From: Amphiscolops sp. MND2022
Taxonomy: Eukaryota
DNA: 64,000 bases
Reading direction: 5' to 3'
Assembly (NCBI GenBank): GCA_964187785.1
Contig: OZ076414.1
Location: 33,108,001-33,172,000, forward strand
Part shown: positions 61,893 through 64,000 of the stretch, piece after piece
How the letters are laid out: every line of letters begins with the position of its first letter
How positions within the stretch are numbered: position 1 is the first letter of the stretch
Translations under genes and position numbers: made by a program
The notes under the pieces: model-generated
The model's database searches: none
The model's input: the letters and a program-made list of their open reading frames with translations, nothing else
Told to the model about the DNA's origin: nothing

Positions 61893-62827
61893 AGGCTCTG
61901 GCTGTAGAACATGGTAGGCAAATCCAGAGTCACGGGACGGTCAATGGGTTGGTTTGATGACACGGCCCTTATGGGTGCCAGCATGGCAGGCGCGAACGCC
62001 TGTTGTCTCTCGAGTTCAGCTCTACTCTCCACGGCCAAGGATATTCGTTTGGAGACCCAGCCAGGCTGACTCCAGAGCTCGCAAGCTCGCTTCCATTTTG
62101 GGAAGCTGGCAATCTCCAGCTCCAAGCAATGTCCTTCCCACTCTGCGCGGGCTTCGGGGCCTAGCACGGAATTGATCTCATCGTGCTGGACGATGGACAT
62201 ATCTCCTGACATTGTCATCTTGGCCTGCGGTCTCCAGACAGCTCTTCTAGGGAACGGAGTCACGCGCCGTTGCAGGTTCCTTTGTCGAGTCTGAGCTGCT
62301 CCTTCAATCCAACTCGGAATCTGAGCCAATTCCATATACTGGACCTGCCGATTGAAGGCTTCAGGGGCGCGACCAACGGGTTTTGCTCTGGGCCATCCCA
62401 GTGGCTCCTTCCAGTAGTGATTTGGGAAGGTGATGCACTTGAAGGCGTACAGGGGATCTAAAGGTGGACCAGCACTAGTGCTGGCACGAATCACTTTACG
62501 TATAAACTCCTGCGTCCAAGGGAATCTAAAGGGGACTCCATTCAGGCTGAGAGGCGCGGAGTACCAATTGACTGGGCCGTACTCTCGTGGCAAAGGGCAC
62601 GCCTTTCGTGTGCGGGCGCGCAACAAACCCATCAAGTTCTCCTCCAGTTGTTTCTCCGACTTCAAGGTGGTATACCCATGCGGCATCTCGCCACTCAATA
62701 CAGCCTGTACGATGCGCGGATAGGTCAGTGGGGGGGCGTCCTTGGAGATAGGTGCAGAAGGAGACCATGTGCACCTGCACTGCTCTCGACAATGGTTTGG
62801 TGGGATACCGGCACACACCGACCGCAC
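61889..62827 (-). CDS. Orphan ORF Z (312-codon frame; 265 aa from first ATG at 62686)
   Basis: Long uninterrupted Trp/Pro-rich frame overlapping ORF Y in another frame. No recognised domain. Confidence 0.55.
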   Translation of the reverse strand: MRSVCAGIPPNHCREQCRCTWSPSAPISKDAPPLTYPRIVQAVLSGEMPHGYTTLKSEKQLEENLMGLLRARTRKACPLPREYGPVNWYSAPLSLNGVPFRFPWTQEFIRKVIRASTSAGPPLDPLYAFKCITFPNHYWKEPLGWPRAKPVGRAPEAFNRQVQYMELAQIPSWIEGAAQTRQRNLQRRVTPFPRRAVWRPQAKMTMSGDMSIVQHDEINSVLGPEARAEWEGHCLELEIASFPKWKRACELWSQPGWVSKRISLAVESRAELERQQAFAPAMLAPIRAVSSNQPIDRPVTLDLPTMFYSQSL

Positions 62828-63764
62828 CGAAGATTGGGGCCAGGACGGAAGCCATGACTGCCACGAAGTCCTCCACTTCGGCCAGAGTCAAATCGGCGAT
62901 TTGCTGGGGCATAGGAAATCCCGCCGTTTCCGCAGGGAGTTGACGCTCGGAATTGTGCAGGGGTTGCGACTGATCCACGCCTACAAACAAGCCGGAGGCG
63001 AACACTAGGGTGGAATACAACCAATGTTGGAGGGATGCACGCATGCGTTCCAGCTGGGTGACAAAATCTTGTTGGTCCTTGGAATTCAGGAGGTGACCCC
63101 ATCGAGTTAGGCTGCGTAGCTGTCCCTGCGCGAGGATCAGGTAGCTGTAAAAGGTGACTAGATCACTGGATACTACCAGCTCGACTAACATAGCCAGAGG
63201 ACCAGCCACAAACCTTGTCGGGCCCATGGTTAGCGCGAGCGCTAACATCTCTCCGACAGTGGTCTCGCCGATGGTTTCCAACAATTTGTCAGTCTGCACA
63301 TTGGTGAGCAAGAACTCAGAGGCTATTACATCGATATTCCAGCCTAGTCCGAGAATGGTGCAAAAGGCTTCCAAGGGACAGTTAAGCTCTTGAGCTACCT
63401 CGGCCAAGGTTCTGTCCACGAATCTGGACTGATACCATTCGGCATACGTTAATCCGGCGGCATCTACTTCAGTCTTCAAGTTGGTCGCCTCCACAGCCAC
63501 GATGTGCCTCAGGCCCACGGGCAACTTGACAGGCTCGATTCCCGCGGCAAACCGAATCTTAGGAATGGTCCTTTCGACCGTGCGTGCGGCAGGCCATGTT
63601 TCAATTTCCTTCACAAGCTCTGCCAGCTCTGTTCGTACGGGAATTTCTTTGTCTTTCCGCACCAGCCAGTTATATCGTCGAACAGCCTCTCGCTCACTCA
63701 TGTTAGATTCTCGCGTGACGCGATTCCCGTCCAAGTCGAAGGCCATCCGCCCACAGTATGGCAT
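62526..63764 (-). CDS. Orphan ORF Y (412 aa)
   Basis: True ATG at 63764, protein-like composition with hydrophobic helical stretches, no stops. No recognised domain. Confidence 0.65.
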   Translation of the reverse strand: MPYCGRMAFDLDGNRVTRESNMSEREAVRRYNWLVRKDKEIPVRTELAELVKEIETWPAARTVERTIPKIRFAAGIEPVKLPVGLRHIVAVEATNLKTEVDAAGLTYAEWYQSRFVDRTLAEVAQELNCPLEAFCTILGLGWNIDVIASEFLLTNVQTDKLLETIGETTVGEMLALALTMGPTRFVAGPLAMLVELVVSSDLVTFYSYLILAQGQLRSLTRWGHLLNSKDQQDFVTQLERMRASLQHWLYSTLVFASGLFVGVDQSQPLHNSERQLPAETAGFPMPQQIADLTLAEVEDFVAVMASVLAPIFGAVGVCRYPTKPLSRAVQVHMVSFCTYLQGRPPTDLSAHRTGCIEWRDAAWVYHLEVGETTGGELDGFVARPHTKGVPFATRVRPSQLVLRASQPEWSPL

Positions 63765-64000
63765 CGTCGATAGTTAGTTGTGCATTTCCCGATCGCTCCA
63801 CAGTGATTAGCACTCTTGATACAGCAGCAAAGAAGGCAGGGTATGACAATGCATCGGGGCGTAGGTCTCCGCGATCAACCCGAAGATTTGGCGCACATAT
63901 GGCAAACTCGATCCGGCGCGCCTTGCACACCTCAGACAAGATATATACAAACTGCTGCAAGCTTCGTTGCCAATACATGAATCCCGGCGGGGATGTGAAG
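63703..64000 (-). CDS. 3' end of orphan ORF X (frame open past the window edge)
   Basis: FTSPPGFMYWQRSLQQFVYILSEVCKARRIEFAICAPNLRV... is open to position 64000 and overlaps the ORF Y start by 62 nt. Confidence 0.5.
   Translation of the reverse strand, partial: FTSPPGFMYWQRSLQQFVYILSEVCKARRIEFAICAPNLRVDRGDLRPDALSYPAFFAAVSRVLITVERSGNAQLTIDDAILWADGLRLGRESRHARI

Larger units (their letters stand above)
60162..64000 (-). mobile_element. 3' portion of a large LTR retroelement (accessory-ORF region, PPT, 3' LTR); continues beyond the window
   Basis: LTR 60162-60872 with 7-bp terminal inverted repeat TGTAACG...CGTTACA; PPT-like GGGGAGTGA at 60873-60881; GC-rich same-strand ORFs upstream. RT and integrase are not in the window. 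Confidence 0.72.

Overview
AT-rich, intron-containing animal genomic DNA. The repeat families look acoel-like to me, but this is a low-confidence impression, not a search result. One host gene is clear: a four-exon REXO1 (RNA exonuclease 1, DEDDh family) on the minus strand at 5562-9900. Almost everything else is layered transposable-element material. There are two decayed CR1/L2-type LINEs (one with an esterase-like ORF1), CRE-clade (restriction-like endonuclease) non-LTR fragments, two decayed Gypsy elements and a structurally complete but decayed Copia with non-canonical TG..GA ends and a 5-bp TSD. A non-autonomous LTR element has LTRs that themselves carry long ORFs. At the right edge is the 3' end of a large LTR element with four overlapping orphan ORFs. 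A ~4.57-kb unit is tandemly repeated 2.25 times and carries a perfect 78-bp palindrome. Many MITE/foldback and Helentron-like (HINE-like) repeats, a tRNA-Ser-like pseudogene and a 200-N assembly gap are also present. The best candidates for undescribed biology are the ORF-bearing LTR architecture (an ORF that starts ~590 nt inside the LTR and reads through the tRNA-Leu primer-binding site) and the virus-like overlapping accessory ORF cassette at 61.6-64 kb. All family calls come from reading motifs by eye; no searches were run.
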